Assembly (NCBI GenBank): GCA_902796475.1
Contig: CADBPE010000013.1
Coordinates: 1-56,764 of the forward strand
DNA length: 56,764 nt
Direction: 5' to 3'
Source: an uncultured Ruminococcus sp.
GTDB lineage: Bacteria > Bacillota > Clostridia > Oscillospirales > Acutalibacteraceae
Both the position numbers and the translations under genes were made by a program. Position 1 is the stretch's first letter. The number at the start of each line of letters is the position of its first letter. The notes beneath the pieces were generated by a model, which was not told the origin of the DNA, searched no databases, and was given only the letters and a program-made list of their open reading frames with translations. This document shows positions 8,491-17,943 of this stretch, piece after piece.

Positions 8491-8519
8491 ATAATACTAT
8501 TTATTATATATATTGTCAA
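8491..8519 (-). promoter_or_regulatory. Promoter of the Zn-ribbon/TPM operon (TTGACA-N17-TATTAT)
   Basis: Minus strand: -35 at 8519-8514 and -10 at 8496-8491. The Type-A box starts 30 nt upstream, at 8549. Confidence 0.55.
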
Positions 8520-8538
8520 GTAAAATCGCAGTGTGAGC

Positions 8539-8596
8539 GGGAAAATCAATTTTCGATCAATTTCGCGCTGTATGCTGTACCGGTGTAGACCCTTTT
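8539..8596 (-). repeat. Type-A element, degenerate copy A6
   Basis: The minus strand reads AAAAGGGTCTACACCGGTACAGCATACAGCGCGAAATTGATCGAAAATTGATTTTCCC. It aligns to the Type-A consensus with an 11-bp internal duplication. Confidence 0.65.
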
Positions 8597-8616
8597 CTGA
8601 AAAACTGATTTATGGC

Positions 8617-8650
8617 GAAAAAAACAGCGTGAGGTCTTGTCCTCACGCTG
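8617..8650 (-). terminator. Terminator of the small-protein gene
   Basis: 10-bp stem CAGCGTGAGG/CCTCACGCTG followed on the minus strand by T7. Confidence 0.8.
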
Positions 8651-8683
8651 AAATGCGGTGCTGTGCTATGCTATGCTTTCATA

Positions 8684-8908
8684 TCACTTTTTGCCGAAGA
8701 GTCCGCCAATGCCTGAGCCGATGCCGCCCAGCTTATCAAGGCTGATTTTGGTCTTGATGCCGTCAACTATGGGCTGTATCTGCTCTGGAGGAATATTGCC
8801 TGCAAGCGCCTTAACGGTTCCTGCGGGATCCTTCTCAAACTTTTCCTTCATTGACTCGTCGCCGCTGATCTTTGCAGCCAGCTCACCGATCTTTGCTTTG
8901 ATATCCAT
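8684..8908 (-). CDS. Small hypothetical protein (74 aa) with Gly-rich C-terminus
   Basis: ATG 8908 follows AGGAGAAAA. Product MDIKAKIGELAAKISGDESMKEKFEKDPAGTVKAL...GGIGSGIGGLFGKK. It has its own promoter and terminator. Confidence 0.65.
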   Translation of the reverse strand: MDIKAKIGELAAKISGDESMKEKFEKDPAGTVKALAGNIPPEQIQPIVDGIKTKISLDKLGGIGSGIGGLFGKK

Positions 8909-8946
8909 TATATTTTTTCTCCTTTCATGAAATATCTGACTATAAT

Positions 8947-8975
8947 ATATTACATCACACATTTGTAAATGTCAA
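8947..8975 (-). promoter_or_regulatory. Promoter of the 74-aa gene (TTGACA-N17-TAATAT)
   Basis: Minus strand: -35 at 8975-8970, 17-nt spacer, -10 at 8952-8947. Confidence 0.55.
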
Positions 8976-9061
8976 ATGATTTATTTTATTATGTTAAATT
9001 GAAGAAATTTGACATTCAGCGGTTTTAGGAAAGGGCAATGTCATCAGCCTGAGGCTTTCTT

Positions 9062-9187
9062 TCACCGCCTTGCGGCGGTGAGGGTGATCTTTTCATGATC
9101 TGCCGCAAGGGGACGCCCTCTTGCGCAGGGCGTCCCCTCTCAAAAAACAGTCCACCGGACAGTTTTTTGATTCACCCCTTGCCGCCG
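9062..9187. repeat. GC-rich hairpin cluster in a divergent promoter region
   Basis: TCACCGCC-TTGC-GGCGGTGA (9062-9081) and GGGGACGCCCT-N7-AGGGCGTCCCC (9109-9137), plus CTTGCCGCC/GCCGCAAGG motifs. No gene ends here, so these are unlikely to be terminators. Confidence 0.6.
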
Positions 9188-9280
9188 AAAATAATGTTTG
9201 CACTGAAATAGACTATTCCTTTTTTGAAATCAACGTGATATAATTAGTATACAAACATTGTATCTGAAGAGGTGAATATT

Positions 9281-9895
9281 ATGGTCATTACTATCGGCAG
9301 ACAGTTCGGCAGTCAGGGACATGATATAGGCAGGGCGCTTGCTAAAAAGCTCGGCATAGATTACTACGATAAGGAGCTTCTCGAAATAGCCGCAAAGGAA
9401 GGCGGATTCAGCAGCGAGGTGCTGGAAAAGTATGACGAGAAGGCTTCAAACAGCCTGCTGTATTCCTTGTCGCTGGGAGCCTCTGCTACATTGAACAGCG
9501 AATACGGCAAATCTCCCGAAACGCCGCTGACTGATAAGCTGTATCTGCTGGAATATAATATTATCCGCCGCGCCGCAGAAAAACCTTGCGTTATTGTGGG
9601 ACGCTGCGCCGACCATGTTCTTGCTGACAGGAGCGATCTGCTGAAGGTATTTGTCTATGCGGATAAGGAAGCCAGAATAGAGCATATTATGTGGAAGCAT
9701 GGCGTTGACGCCGAAAAAGCAAAAGCTATGATGAAAAAGAACGACAAGTCAAGGGCAAACTATTACAACCACTACGCAGCAGGCAAGTGGGGAGATCCCG
9801 AAAATTATCATCTGTGCATAAACAGGTCGCTTTTGGGAGTTGAGGGCAGCGCCGAACTGCTTATAGCCTGCCTGAGACTGAGGAAAATGCTATGA
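9281..9895 (+). CDS. Cytidylate kinase-like family protein
   Basis: ATG 9281 follows GAAGAGGTG. The MVITIGRQFGSQGHDIGRALAKKLGIDYYDKELL N-terminus is typical of the cmk-like (AAA_28-type) family. Confidence 0.7.
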   Translation: MVITIGRQFGSQGHDIGRALAKKLGIDYYDKELLEIAAKEGGFSSEVLEKYDEKASNSLLYSLSLGASATLNSEYGKSPETPLTDKLYLLEYNIIRRAAEKPCVIVGRCADHVLADRSDLLKVFVYADKEARIEHIMWKHGVDAEKAKAMMKKNDKSRANYYNHYAAGKWGDPENYHLCINRSLLGVEGSAELLIACLRLRKML

Positions 9896-10386
9896 AACGA
9901 TTATTCATGGCTATGACCGCACTGCTTATGGTCATGCTTTGCGGCTGCGGCAAAAATAACGGCGGTGTTCCCGAAATAAGCTATGAGCCTGTCGAATATA
10001 GCATTGTAGATGACACATCGGTTATCGAGAGCATCGAAGCTGCCGTAAACGGTTATCTTAACGCCCTGACAAACCACAGTTTCAACGAACTGCCGCTCTA
10101 TGCGGATACAAACCTTCCTGTATGCGTTGACCAGACTGCATTTGAGGATTATATTATCGGACTGGGAGAGGCAAGGCTTGAAAGCATCGAAACTGATATG
10201 ATTTCCGAAAACAGCGGCAGTTATTATGTAAAGGTGCGCTATGAACTTATCTTCACGGGCGCCTATACGAACCCTGACGGCAGCCGTGAAATACCCGGAA
10301 CGGTTGAAAAATACGAAAGCTTTACCCTGAAAAAGGGCGACGGCGGCTTTGTAATAACAGCCATTGAGCCTACCGGCGAGGGATGA
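9892..10386 (+). CDS. Putative lipoprotein
   Basis: Signal peptide with MLCGC lipobox. ATGA overlap with the upstream gene. Confidence 0.65.
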   Translation: MKRLFMAMTALLMVMLCGCGKNNGGVPEISYEPVEYSIVDDTSVIESIEAAVNGYLNALTNHSFNELPLYADTNLPVCVDQTAFEDYIIGLGEARLESIETDMISENSGSYYVKVRYELIFTGAYTNPDGSREIPGTVEKYESFTLKKGDGGFVITAIEPTGEG

Positions 10387-10444
10387 CCAAAGGAAGCATA
10401 AATTATTAATAAACACACATCTTAAGGAAAGAGAGGAAACATTT

Positions 10445-11113
10445 ATGAATATTGATCTGAGGACAGAAGCGCTGCTTGATCTTACAAAGACCGTTGCAGC
10501 CGGTATTTTTGAAGGCATTACTTATCCTTGGGAGGCTCTGCCGAAGATAAGCGGCTTTATCCGGGCGCTTGGCCCCACGCTTCCCGCTGACGAATACGAG
10601 CAGCTCAGCGAGGATATCTGGGTCGCAAAAAGCGCAAAGATCGCCAAAACAGCGTATCTTCACGGACCTCTCATTATCTGTCCGGACGCCGAGGTGCGCC
10701 ACTGCGCATTTATAAGAGGCAGTGCCATCGTGGGCAGAGGTTCCGTTGTGGGCAACTCCACCGAGCTTAAAAACTGCATTATTTTTGACAATGCTCAGGC
10801 GCCGCACTACAACTATATCGGTGACTCGATCCTGGGCTACAAGGCTCATCTTGGAGCCGGAGCCATCACTTCAAACCTCAAGTCCGACAAAAGTCTGGTG
10901 ACAGTGTTCGCAGACGGCGAAAAGCTTGATACCGGTCTTAAAAAGTTCGGAGCCATTGTCGGCGATAATGTAGAGGTAGGCTGCAATTCCGTACTGAATC
11001 CCGGTTCGGTCGTTTGCAGAAGGACTAACGTTTATCCGCTCTCTATGGTAAGAGGCGTTGTTCCGCCCGACAGCATTTACAAGAAGCAGGGCGAAGTGGC
11101 GGAAAAGCTCTGA
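10445..11113 (+). CDS. Hexapeptide-repeat (left-handed beta-helix) transferase, GlmU C-terminal-like
   Basis: ATG 10445. Repeated [LIV]G hexapeptide pattern (IRGSAIVGRGSVVGNSTELKNCIIFDN...IGDSILGYKAHLGAGAITSN). Confidence 0.65.
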   Translation: MNIDLRTEALLDLTKTVAAGIFEGITYPWEALPKISGFIRALGPTLPADEYEQLSEDIWVAKSAKIAKTAYLHGPLIICPDAEVRHCAFIRGSAIVGRGSVVGNSTELKNCIIFDNAQAPHYNYIGDSILGYKAHLGAGAITSNLKSDKSLVTVFADGEKLDTGLKKFGAIVGDNVEVGCNSVLNPGSVVCRRTNVYPLSMVRGVVPPDSIYKKQGEVAEKL

Positions 11114-11132
11114 GGCAAACGGGCGAAATATT

Positions 11133-12143
11133 ATGAAGAAGATACTTGTTATTATGACAGGCGGCACCATAGGGAGTTGTCTGAACAACGGCGTTATTTC
11201 CGTAAAAAAGGACTCGTGCCGCGCTGTGGAGCTTTACCGTGAAAGATATGATGACGGTGCTGAACTGCATACTGTCGAACTTATGAATATTCTCAGCGAA
11301 AACCTTGACAAGAGCCACTGGGAAAAGCTTGTGAATTATATTTTGTCTTCCGATCTGCGTGAATACGGCGGCATTATCATCACACACGGCAGCGACACGC
11401 TTTCCTACAGCTCTGCAATGATGGGCTTTTGTCTTTGCGGACTGGGGATACCTGTTGTGCTTACGGCAGCCGATCTTGTTCCCGATTTGCCGGAAAGCAA
11501 TGCCGTTGATGACATCCGAGGCTCTGTTGCCGTTATAAAGCGCATGAAAAGCGGAGTTTTTACAGTTTACCGCAATCCCGGAGAAAGCGAATGCGCGGTT
11601 TATCTTGCCACAAGGGTGCTGGAGGCTGACAGGGTAAGGGGCTGTTTTGGTTCGTTTGACGGCGCACCCTTTGCTCATGTCCGTGACGGCGAGCTTGAAT
11701 TTACCGGCATAATTGATCCCGGTGTGATCGCAGGAAATATTTGTCCGCCGGATATTACTCTTCCGTTTTCCCTGGATAATGATGTGCTGATGATAAGACC
11801 CTATCCCGGCATGGACGTCTCTGAAATAAGAATTGGTGAGAGGGTAAAGGCGGTGCTGCACATAACATATCATTCCTCTTCGGCAAGCGCAGACGGGCGG
11901 GGAAGTGTGCTGAAGCTTCTTTCGCAGTGCAGGAGCCGGGGGATAGAACTGTTTCTTGCGTCATATCCGGAAAATCAGGCGCTGTACGAAACGTCATGCG
12001 CGCTTATCAGGAACGGAGCGGTTCCGCTTTTGCACATTTCGGACGAAGCCGCATACACTAAGCTGCTGCTTGGAGTAAACATTCCGAACGAAGACATCCG
12101 CAGCTTTATGGAGCGGGATATATTTATGGAAGCTTTAAGATAA
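11133..12143 (+). CDS. L-asparaginase family protein (type I-like)
   Basis: MKKILVIMTGGTIGS active-site N-terminus and the HGSDTL motif. The ORF-track start at 11058 is an over-extension. Confidence 0.8.
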   Translation: MKKILVIMTGGTIGSCLNNGVISVKKDSCRAVELYRERYDDGAELHTVELMNILSENLDKSHWEKLVNYILSSDLREYGGIIITHGSDTLSYSSAMMGFCLCGLGIPVVLTAADLVPDLPESNAVDDIRGSVAVIKRMKSGVFTVYRNPGESECAVYLATRVLEADRVRGCFGSFDGAPFAHVRDGELEFTGIIDPGVIAGNICPPDITLPFSLDNDVLMIRPYPGMDVSEIRIGERVKAVLHITYHSSSASADGRGSVLKLLSQCRSRGIELFLASYPENQALYETSCALIRNGAVPLLHISDEAAYTKLLLGVNIPNEDIRSFMERDIFMEALR

Positions 12144-12170
12144 CGTCTAAGCCCTGCGCATGATAATAAA

Positions 12171-12218
12171 AAATAAAAGTACCGGTTTCAGATATGTATA
12201 TCTGATCCGGTACTTTTT
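12171..12218. terminator. Bidirectional terminator between convergent operons
   Basis: About 15-bp imperfect stem AGTACCGGTTTCAGATA/TATCTGATCCGGTACT flanked by an A4 tract and a T5 tract. Confidence 0.7.
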
Positions 12219-12251
12219 GCTGCATAAAGCTCAAATTCGTCTGAGCAGCCT

Positions 12252-13727
12252 TTAGAATGCCGAGCTCATTTTGGGCGAGGTGTAAATGCTCTTCGCCTGT
12301 TCAATGATCTTGTCGGCTTTTTCGCTGTTTACACAGCATTCCGCAGTGCCGTTCAAAATGATGAGAGTCTTTCCGGCGCTGTTGCGCATGAGCTTGATGT
12401 TGTCGTTCAGTTCAGGATAATTGTAATACTTGAGGTCGATCTCCAGAAGCTTGTCCTTGAAGCCGGAAATATCGTCCGGAAGTTCGAGCGTGCGGCTGAG
12501 CTGCGTAAGATCGTTTAAGAATATGGTGATATTGGTGTACGGGATAATCTTGTCGCCGCATTTTACGGTTATGGTCTCATTTTCATTATCGCCTGCCATG
12601 AACTGCTCACGCTCGATAATACAGGTATTTTTGTCGCTGCCGATGACGGTGCTGAGCTGCTGTACCTCGGCAGGCAGAACAGAGATAACAGAATCCTGCA
12701 GCAGATCGAATCGTGTGATGCCATGCCATGAATTTTCGCTCTTCTTTATGGTGCAGATCATGCTTGAGCCTTCGGTCATGGTGTAGATGATGCCGTCATT
12801 ATCGGCTTCCGAAGTGAGTACGTTTATGGACTGTCCGCCCTTGCCCCTGACACTGACCTTCTGATAAGGTTTGTCAAGTCCGTATTTTGCAAGATCATCG
12901 GGAGTAACGTCAATAGCGGCAACGCTTTCACCCTTTAAAGACTGCACGCCGCTGTAAACGGCCTTTGAAGCATCGTCGTCACAGGCGACCCTTGAAGGCT
13001 TCTCAATGATATACATAGCCTGATAGCAGTGGTAAATATTCTCGGTGACGCTGATCTCCTCTTCATAGCCCTCTCCGCTGATGGTAAAGCCAAGGACCTC
13101 ATCAATAGAGCCGGTCATGTGCTTGTCAAAAAGCTGCAGCTTTTCAATAAAGAAAGCGCTCAGATCGTAGCTGTCCACAAGATAGACGTTTTCGTCACCG
13201 TCGACCTTTACATAAATACCCTTGTTGCCGGGCGCAAAGCTGCCTATTTCTATTTTTAATTCGGTAGCGTCACTGTATCTTACGGAATAGCTTCCTTTCG
13301 GCTCGTCAAGACCGTACTCTTTGTATTTTTTGCCGCTTTTGTCTATTATCTCTTTGGCATACAGCTTCTGACATGTGTTTACAAGCTGATCGGTGATCTC
13401 TTTATCTAACTTATATTCGGGGTGATCCTGCATGGTGTATACGATATCCGTGCCGTCGCTCATTGAATGGGAGCTTTCCTCGTCGCTGCTTTCAGAAACG
13501 GAGGAGGGCTGATTGAAGAAGTATCCGAGAAGCTCGTATTCTCCGCTGTCGTTTTTTACGGAGATAGCCTCAGGCATAAGACCTTCCTTGTCGTAGATCG
13601 TCAGTGTTTCGTTGTCGCTGCTGGTTATCTGCTTGTTGGAGGGCAGCGCAAGGACGACAGCCAGAGCCGCTGAAAGCAGAGCGATAATGCCAAGCACTAT
13701 AATAATGATCTTTTTGTTCTTTTTCAT
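12252..13727 (-). CDS. DUF4340-like protein (GldG-associated)
   Basis: N-terminal TM helix. 491 aa. It lies immediately downstream of a GldG-like gene, the usual ABC-2/GldG/DUF4340 arrangement. Confidence 0.65.
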   Translation of the reverse strand: MKKNKKIIIIVLGIIALLSAALAVVLALPSNKQITSSDNETLTIYDKEGLMPEAISVKNDSGEYELLGYFFNQPSSVSESSDEESSHSMSDGTDIVYTMQDHPEYKLDKEITDQLVNTCQKLYAKEIIDKSGKKYKEYGLDEPKGSYSVRYSDATELKIEIGSFAPGNKGIYVKVDGDENVYLVDSYDLSAFFIEKLQLFDKHMTGSIDEVLGFTISGEGYEEEISVTENIYHCYQAMYIIEKPSRVACDDDASKAVYSGVQSLKGESVAAIDVTPDDLAKYGLDKPYQKVSVRGKGGQSINVLTSEADNDGIIYTMTEGSSMICTIKKSENSWHGITRFDLLQDSVISVLPAEVQQLSTVIGSDKNTCIIEREQFMAGDNENETITVKCGDKIIPYTNITIFLNDLTQLSRTLELPDDISGFKDKLLEIDLKYYNYPELNDNIKLMRNSAGKTLIILNGTAECCVNSEKADKIIEQAKSIYTSPKMSSAF

Positions 13728-13739
13728 ACGCAGCCTCCG

Positions 13740-15338
13740 TTAGCGGTTCCTTCTGATAAGGAACATTGTGAAGCCTGCGCCGAGGATAATAACAGGAATG
13801 ACAGCGTACACCAAAAAGCCCAGATTAACGGCAGTCTGACGGTCTATGTTTATGTCATAGGCTGTTATGACCTTTTCGGGAATGCTTACAAGCTCAGGTG
13901 TGCGTCCGTTTACGGCTGCTAACATTGTGGAGAGATAGGGCTTGTTGCTGTAATCCGAACCATAGTATGCGCGTGTGAATATCTTGTCGGAGCCGGACAC
14001 TATTACAGACGAATAGTTTCCGTCACTGCCGATGGTACCCTGAGCAAGCACAGGTATATTGCCGACCATAGCGTCCAGATATGACCAGCTTTCGTCTGCG
14101 TCAAAGGGGCATACTCCTGAATATTCCGAGTATTTCAGCAGAGGAACGGCGATGTTGCCGTCCTCGATATTCACGGGCTTGGAATATCCGGCTATGACAG
14201 GTCTGTTGATGTCGGCGATGTTATTGGTGTAAAGCTCGTTTGCATAGCTGCACAGAACGCCGTCAAAGTAGTTGTCGCTGCTGCTGTTTATCCTATTGCT
14301 GTCCGCTTCAAAGGCGAATCCTTCGCCAAGGCTCATGCCGTATTCATACAGCAGACCGCCGTAGTTTTTCAAAACTCCGGTCTGAGTGGGGGAGGCGATG
14401 AAGAGCAGGCTTTTTCCGAATTTGCCGCCGTTGCCCAGAAAGGAGGTTATTTTGTTGAGAGAGGCGGTGCTGATATCCTTGGACGGTGTGTAGATAACAA
14501 GGAACTGAGTGTTTTCGGGGATATCCTGACTTGCAATGTTTATCTCTGTTACGGAATAGCCGTTAGCCTTCAGAGTGGATTCAAAGTAGCTCCTGTCCTC
14601 GCTTGCATTGTCAACGATAACAGCGGTATGGATCAGTTCTTCGGTGGTCACGGCAAGCACCGCATTGTCGATCTCCTGCTCGGACTTTGATGAGGTTATG
14701 TAGCTGTAATTTCCGGTATAGTTTTCAAAGGTGAACATATCGGAGACCTTGAGTATCCTTCTGTTGTCACCGCTTGCAACTATGATGTCGGTAGTGTTCA
14801 GATTTTCGCCGTCATATTCATCGGTAAAGGAAGGATTGCGCACGATATCCACATAATTTACGTCAAGCATGCCGTCGGAGCATTTTGCCATTGCTTCGGC
14901 AAGTATAGCGGTCTGCTTGCAGTATGGGTCGATATTGACATAGGTATCTCTGTCGGAAAGAAATGTAACGCTTATCTTCCGTTCCAGATTTTGGGCTATA
15001 TCTCTTGTTTTGCCGCTTATTTCAAAGCTTTTCATTCCGGTGATATCGGCGGTGAGCCCCGGCAGCTTTTCAGTCATTATGGAAGCGACCACGTTCACAA
15101 GTATAACGGCGATAAGCACCATCACCGAGATCACAGCGGATACAAGTCCACGCTTCATTTTGCGGCTCATGCCCTTTGAGGAACTGCTTTTTGGTTCGTC
15201 GGATTCATTCTTGGCTTTGCTTTTCTTTTCGGTATTATTGTCCGGTCCTTCGGCAGGAGTGTCTGATATTTCGCCGGTTTCTTCGGGAGAAGCGCCGTTC
15301 AGCTCGTCAAGCTCCTGCTTGTTTTCGTTTTCGTTCAT
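13740..15338 (-). CDS. GldG-family ABC transporter accessory protein
   Basis: ATG 15338 follows GGAGGTACC. N- and C-terminal TM helices flank a large extracytoplasmic domain. The gene sits after the ABC-2 permease. Confidence 0.7.
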   Translation of the reverse strand: MNENENKQELDELNGASPEETGEISDTPAEGPDNNTEKKSKAKNESDEPKSSSSKGMSRKMKRGLVSAVISVMVLIAVILVNVVASIMTEKLPGLTADITGMKSFEISGKTRDIAQNLERKISVTFLSDRDTYVNIDPYCKQTAILAEAMAKCSDGMLDVNYVDIVRNPSFTDEYDGENLNTTDIIVASGDNRRILKVSDMFTFENYTGNYSYITSSKSEQEIDNAVLAVTTEELIHTAVIVDNASEDRSYFESTLKANGYSVTEINIASQDIPENTQFLVIYTPSKDISTASLNKITSFLGNGGKFGKSLLFIASPTQTGVLKNYGGLLYEYGMSLGEGFAFEADSNRINSSSDNYFDGVLCSYANELYTNNIADINRPVIAGYSKPVNIEDGNIAVPLLKYSEYSGVCPFDADESWSYLDAMVGNIPVLAQGTIGSDGNYSSVIVSGSDKIFTRAYYGSDYSNKPYLSTMLAAVNGRTPELVSIPEKVITAYDINIDRQTAVNLGFLVYAVIPVIILGAGFTMFLIRRNR

Positions 15339-15352
15339 GTCGGTACCTCCTG

Positions 15353-16057
15353 TCAAGCCCATCTTCTTCTGTCAATGATCCTGTCTGTAATGAACAGGAA
15401 AAGCGCTGTCACGCTCAGGAAGAATACTATATCGCTGAATGAAACCAAGCCCACAGCGAAGCTGTTGTATCTTGACTGGAACGAGAGGGAATATACCGCG
15501 CTTTTCATCCATTCCCAGGGAATAGTTGAAGCGATGGTGTCCACCATGCTAATAAGCACGTTTGCAGCAAAAGACAGCACTGCGGCAATTATAACGCTTT
15601 CGGTAAGTGAAGAAATAAGCAGTCCTATGGAGATGAACGCTGCGCCGATAAGCACATCGGCTGCCATATTGCCGATGATAACGCCCCAGTCAGGAGAACC
15701 GACAAAGGAGAGTATGAGTCCGTCAACGGCGTATGAAAGCAGGCATATCAAAAGCAGCGCCAGAGCCGAGAGGAACTTGGCAAACACGATAGAGGCTATC
15801 CCCACAGGAGAGGTGAGCAGCGCCTGATCGGTGCGGTTGTGTTTATCCTCAGCAAACAGACGCATTGTAATGAGCGGTATAATGAAAAGCTCGATAAAGA
15901 ACATACTCTGAAATACGGAAGTCATGTTTGAGGTGCCGGAAAACAGGCACTGAACATAAAAGAAGATGCCGTTGAACACCATGAACGCTGCCGCCACAAC
16001 ATAGCCGACAGGCGAGGTGAAATAAGAGGCAAGCTCCCGTCTGAAAATTGCATACAT
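15353..16057 (-). CDS. ABC-2 type permease
   Basis: ATG 16057 (MYAIFRRELASYFTSPVGY) follows GGAGGAAAGG. Polytopic membrane protein. Confidence 0.8.
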   Translation of the reverse strand: MYAIFRRELASYFTSPVGYVVAAAFMVFNGIFFYVQCLFSGTSNMTSVFQSMFFIELFIIPLITMRLFAEDKHNRTDQALLTSPVGIASIVFAKFLSALALLLICLLSYAVDGLILSFVGSPDWGVIIGNMAADVLIGAAFISIGLLISSLTESVIIAAVLSFAANVLISMVDTIASTIPWEWMKSAVYSLSFQSRYNSFAVGLVSFSDIVFFLSVTALFLFITDRIIDRRRWA

Positions 16058-16076
16058 AGTTTTTCCTTTCCTCCTG

Positions 16077-17009
16077 TCAGTTTTGTTTTCCCGAAATGAT
16101 CTCCAGGTAAATATCTTCAAGCGAATGTCCCGCAGGCTGCATGAGCATAACGGCGTAGTCTGTACGGGAGATCGCTCTTGACACGGCTCTGCGCACGTCC
16201 TTCCTGCTTTCCAGACGGAACTCATAGCAGCCCCTTTCGGTCTCGCCGAGAGACGTCACTCTTATAACGCCGTCGATACCCTTTAATACGGACTGTATGC
16301 CCTGTTCACGCCCTTCGATCACGAGCCTGATAACGGTGGTGCTGCGTCCGGTGCCCATTATCTGTCCGATATTTCCGGCAGCGGCTATTTTGCCGTTGTT
16401 TATCATTACTATTTTGTCGCAGACGGCCTGTATTTCCGTCAGCACATGAGAGGAAAGTATAATTGTATGGTTTTCTCCGAGCTGACGTATAAGGTTTCTC
16501 ATCTCGATGATCTGCGCAGGGTCAAGACCGACCGAAGGCTCGTCCAGAATAAGCACAGGCGGGTCTCCGAGCATAGCCTGAGCAAGTCCGACACGCTGTT
16601 TGTAACCCTTTGAAAGATGACCTATTATTCTCTCGCTCACATCTGTAAGGCTGAGGGAATCGCATATCTTTGATATATGTTCGTCCTTCGGCAGCTTTAT
16701 TTTTTTAAGTCTGAACATGAATTCAAGATATTTTATGACGGTCATATCATTGTAAAGGGGCGGTATCTCAGGAAGGTAGCCTATTCTTGACTTTGCCTCC
16801 TTCGGTTCCTCAAGAATATTTTTCCCGTCTATGAGAACATCGCCGCTGTCGCAGGAGATATATCCCGTAATGATGTTCATGGTTGTGGACTTTCCCGCTC
16901 CGTTAGGTCCGAGAAAGCCCAGTATGTCGCCTTTTTTGACTTCAAAGCTGATGTCGTCCAGCGCCTGGTGTCTGCCGTAGCGCTTGCTGACATTTCTGAC
17001 CTCGATCAT
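16077..17009 (-). CDS. ABC transporter ATP-binding protein
   Basis: Walker A GPNGAGKST, signature LSKGYKQRV, Walker B ILDEPSVGLD. Confidence 0.9.
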   Translation of the reverse strand: MIEVRNVSKRYGRHQALDDISFEVKKGDILGFLGPNGAGKSTTMNIITGYISCDSGDVLIDGKNILEEPKEAKSRIGYLPEIPPLYNDMTVIKYLEFMFRLKKIKLPKDEHISKICDSLSLTDVSERIIGHLSKGYKQRVGLAQAMLGDPPVLILDEPSVGLDPAQIIEMRNLIRQLGENHTIILSSHVLTEIQAVCDKIVMINNGKIAAAGNIGQIMGTGRSTTVIRLVIEGREQGIQSVLKGIDGVIRVTSLGETERGCYEFRLESRKDVRRAVSRAISRTDYAVMLMQPAGHSLEDIYLEIISGKQN

Positions 17010-17024
17010 GCAAATTACCTCCGA

Positions 17025-17822
17025 TCAAATATCGATCTCCAGAACTACCGGACAATGGTCACTGCCAAGCACATCCGAAAGAATATCCGCTTTGGTGATC
17101 CTGTCCTTTATTCTGTCGGAAACTATAAAGTAGTCGATACGCCAGCCTGCGTTGTTTTTTCTTGCGTTAAAGCGGTAAGACCACCAACTGTATCGTCCTG
17201 TATCGTCGGGATGCAAAAAGCGGAAGCTGTCAACGAATCCGCTGCTGAGCAGGGTGCCTATCTTTTCACGTTCTTCATCAGAAAAGCCTGCATTGCCCCT
17301 GTTTGACTTTGGATTTTTCAGGTCTATCTCATTATGCGCAACATTAAGGTCGCCGCAGTAGATCACCGGCTTTTCGGAATCCAGTCTTTTAAGATAGGCG
17401 AGAAGATCGTCCTCCCATTTCATGCGGTAATCCAGTCGTTTCAGACCGTCCTGCGCATTGGGGGTATACACGTTGACGAGGTAGAAATTTTCCGCCTCAA
17501 AGGTTATCATACGTCCCTCATGGGAGTGTTCTTCGATATTCATGCCGTCATACACCAGACTTAGCGGCTTATGCTTTGTAAAAACGGCAGTGCCCGAATA
17601 GCCTTTTTTTTCTGCGCTGTTAAAGTATTTATCACAGTTCAGCGGCACCTCTGCCTGATCCGCCTGCATTTTGGTTTCCTGCAGACAGACAAAATCCGCA
17701 TTCTGACTATTTACAAATTCAAGAAAGCCCTTTTGCATACAGGCTCTCAGACCGTTCACGTTCCAGGATATAAATTTCGTACAGATCAGTCCTTTCGATA
17801 ATATAGTGACAATCAGATCCAA
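17025..17822 (-). CDS. xth: Exodeoxyribonuclease III (AP endonuclease, EEP family); start uncertain
   Basis: [11 protein letters not shown]...SDHCPV hallmarks. The only canonical in-frame start upstream of the conserved N-terminus is TTG 17822, which has no SD. AAAGGA at 17795-17790 is followed only by CTG/ATC. Confidence 0.8.
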   Translation of the reverse strand: MDLIVTILSKGLICTKFISWNVNGLRACMQKGFLEFVNSQNADFVCLQETKMQADQAEVPLNCDKYFNSAEKKGYSGTAVFTKHKPLSLVYDGMNIEEHSHEGRMITFEAENFYLVNVYTPNAQDGLKRLDYRMKWEDDLLAYLKRLDSEKPVIYCGDLNVAHNEIDLKNPKSNRGNAGFSDEEREKIGTLLSSGFVDSFRFLHPDDTGRYSWWSYRFNARKNNAGWRIDYFIVSDRIKDRITKADILSDVLGSDHCPVVLEIDI

Positions 17823-17892
17823 GGCAATAACGCAAATGTCAGAGCCGCAGAAATGCAGGCGCTTACCGGCGTTAATTGCGCAGTGCTTCTTT

Positions 17893-17922
17893 ATTATATC
17901 ACACCACCCTTGCTGACATCAA
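17893..17922 (-). promoter_or_regulatory. Promoter of the xth-ABC operon (TTGATG-N18-TATAAT)
   Basis: Minus strand: -35 at 17922-17917 and -10 at 17898-17893. The Type-A box starts 30 nt upstream, at 17952. Confidence 0.55.
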
Positions 17923-17943
17923 CCTTTTTAAGGCAATATTCAC

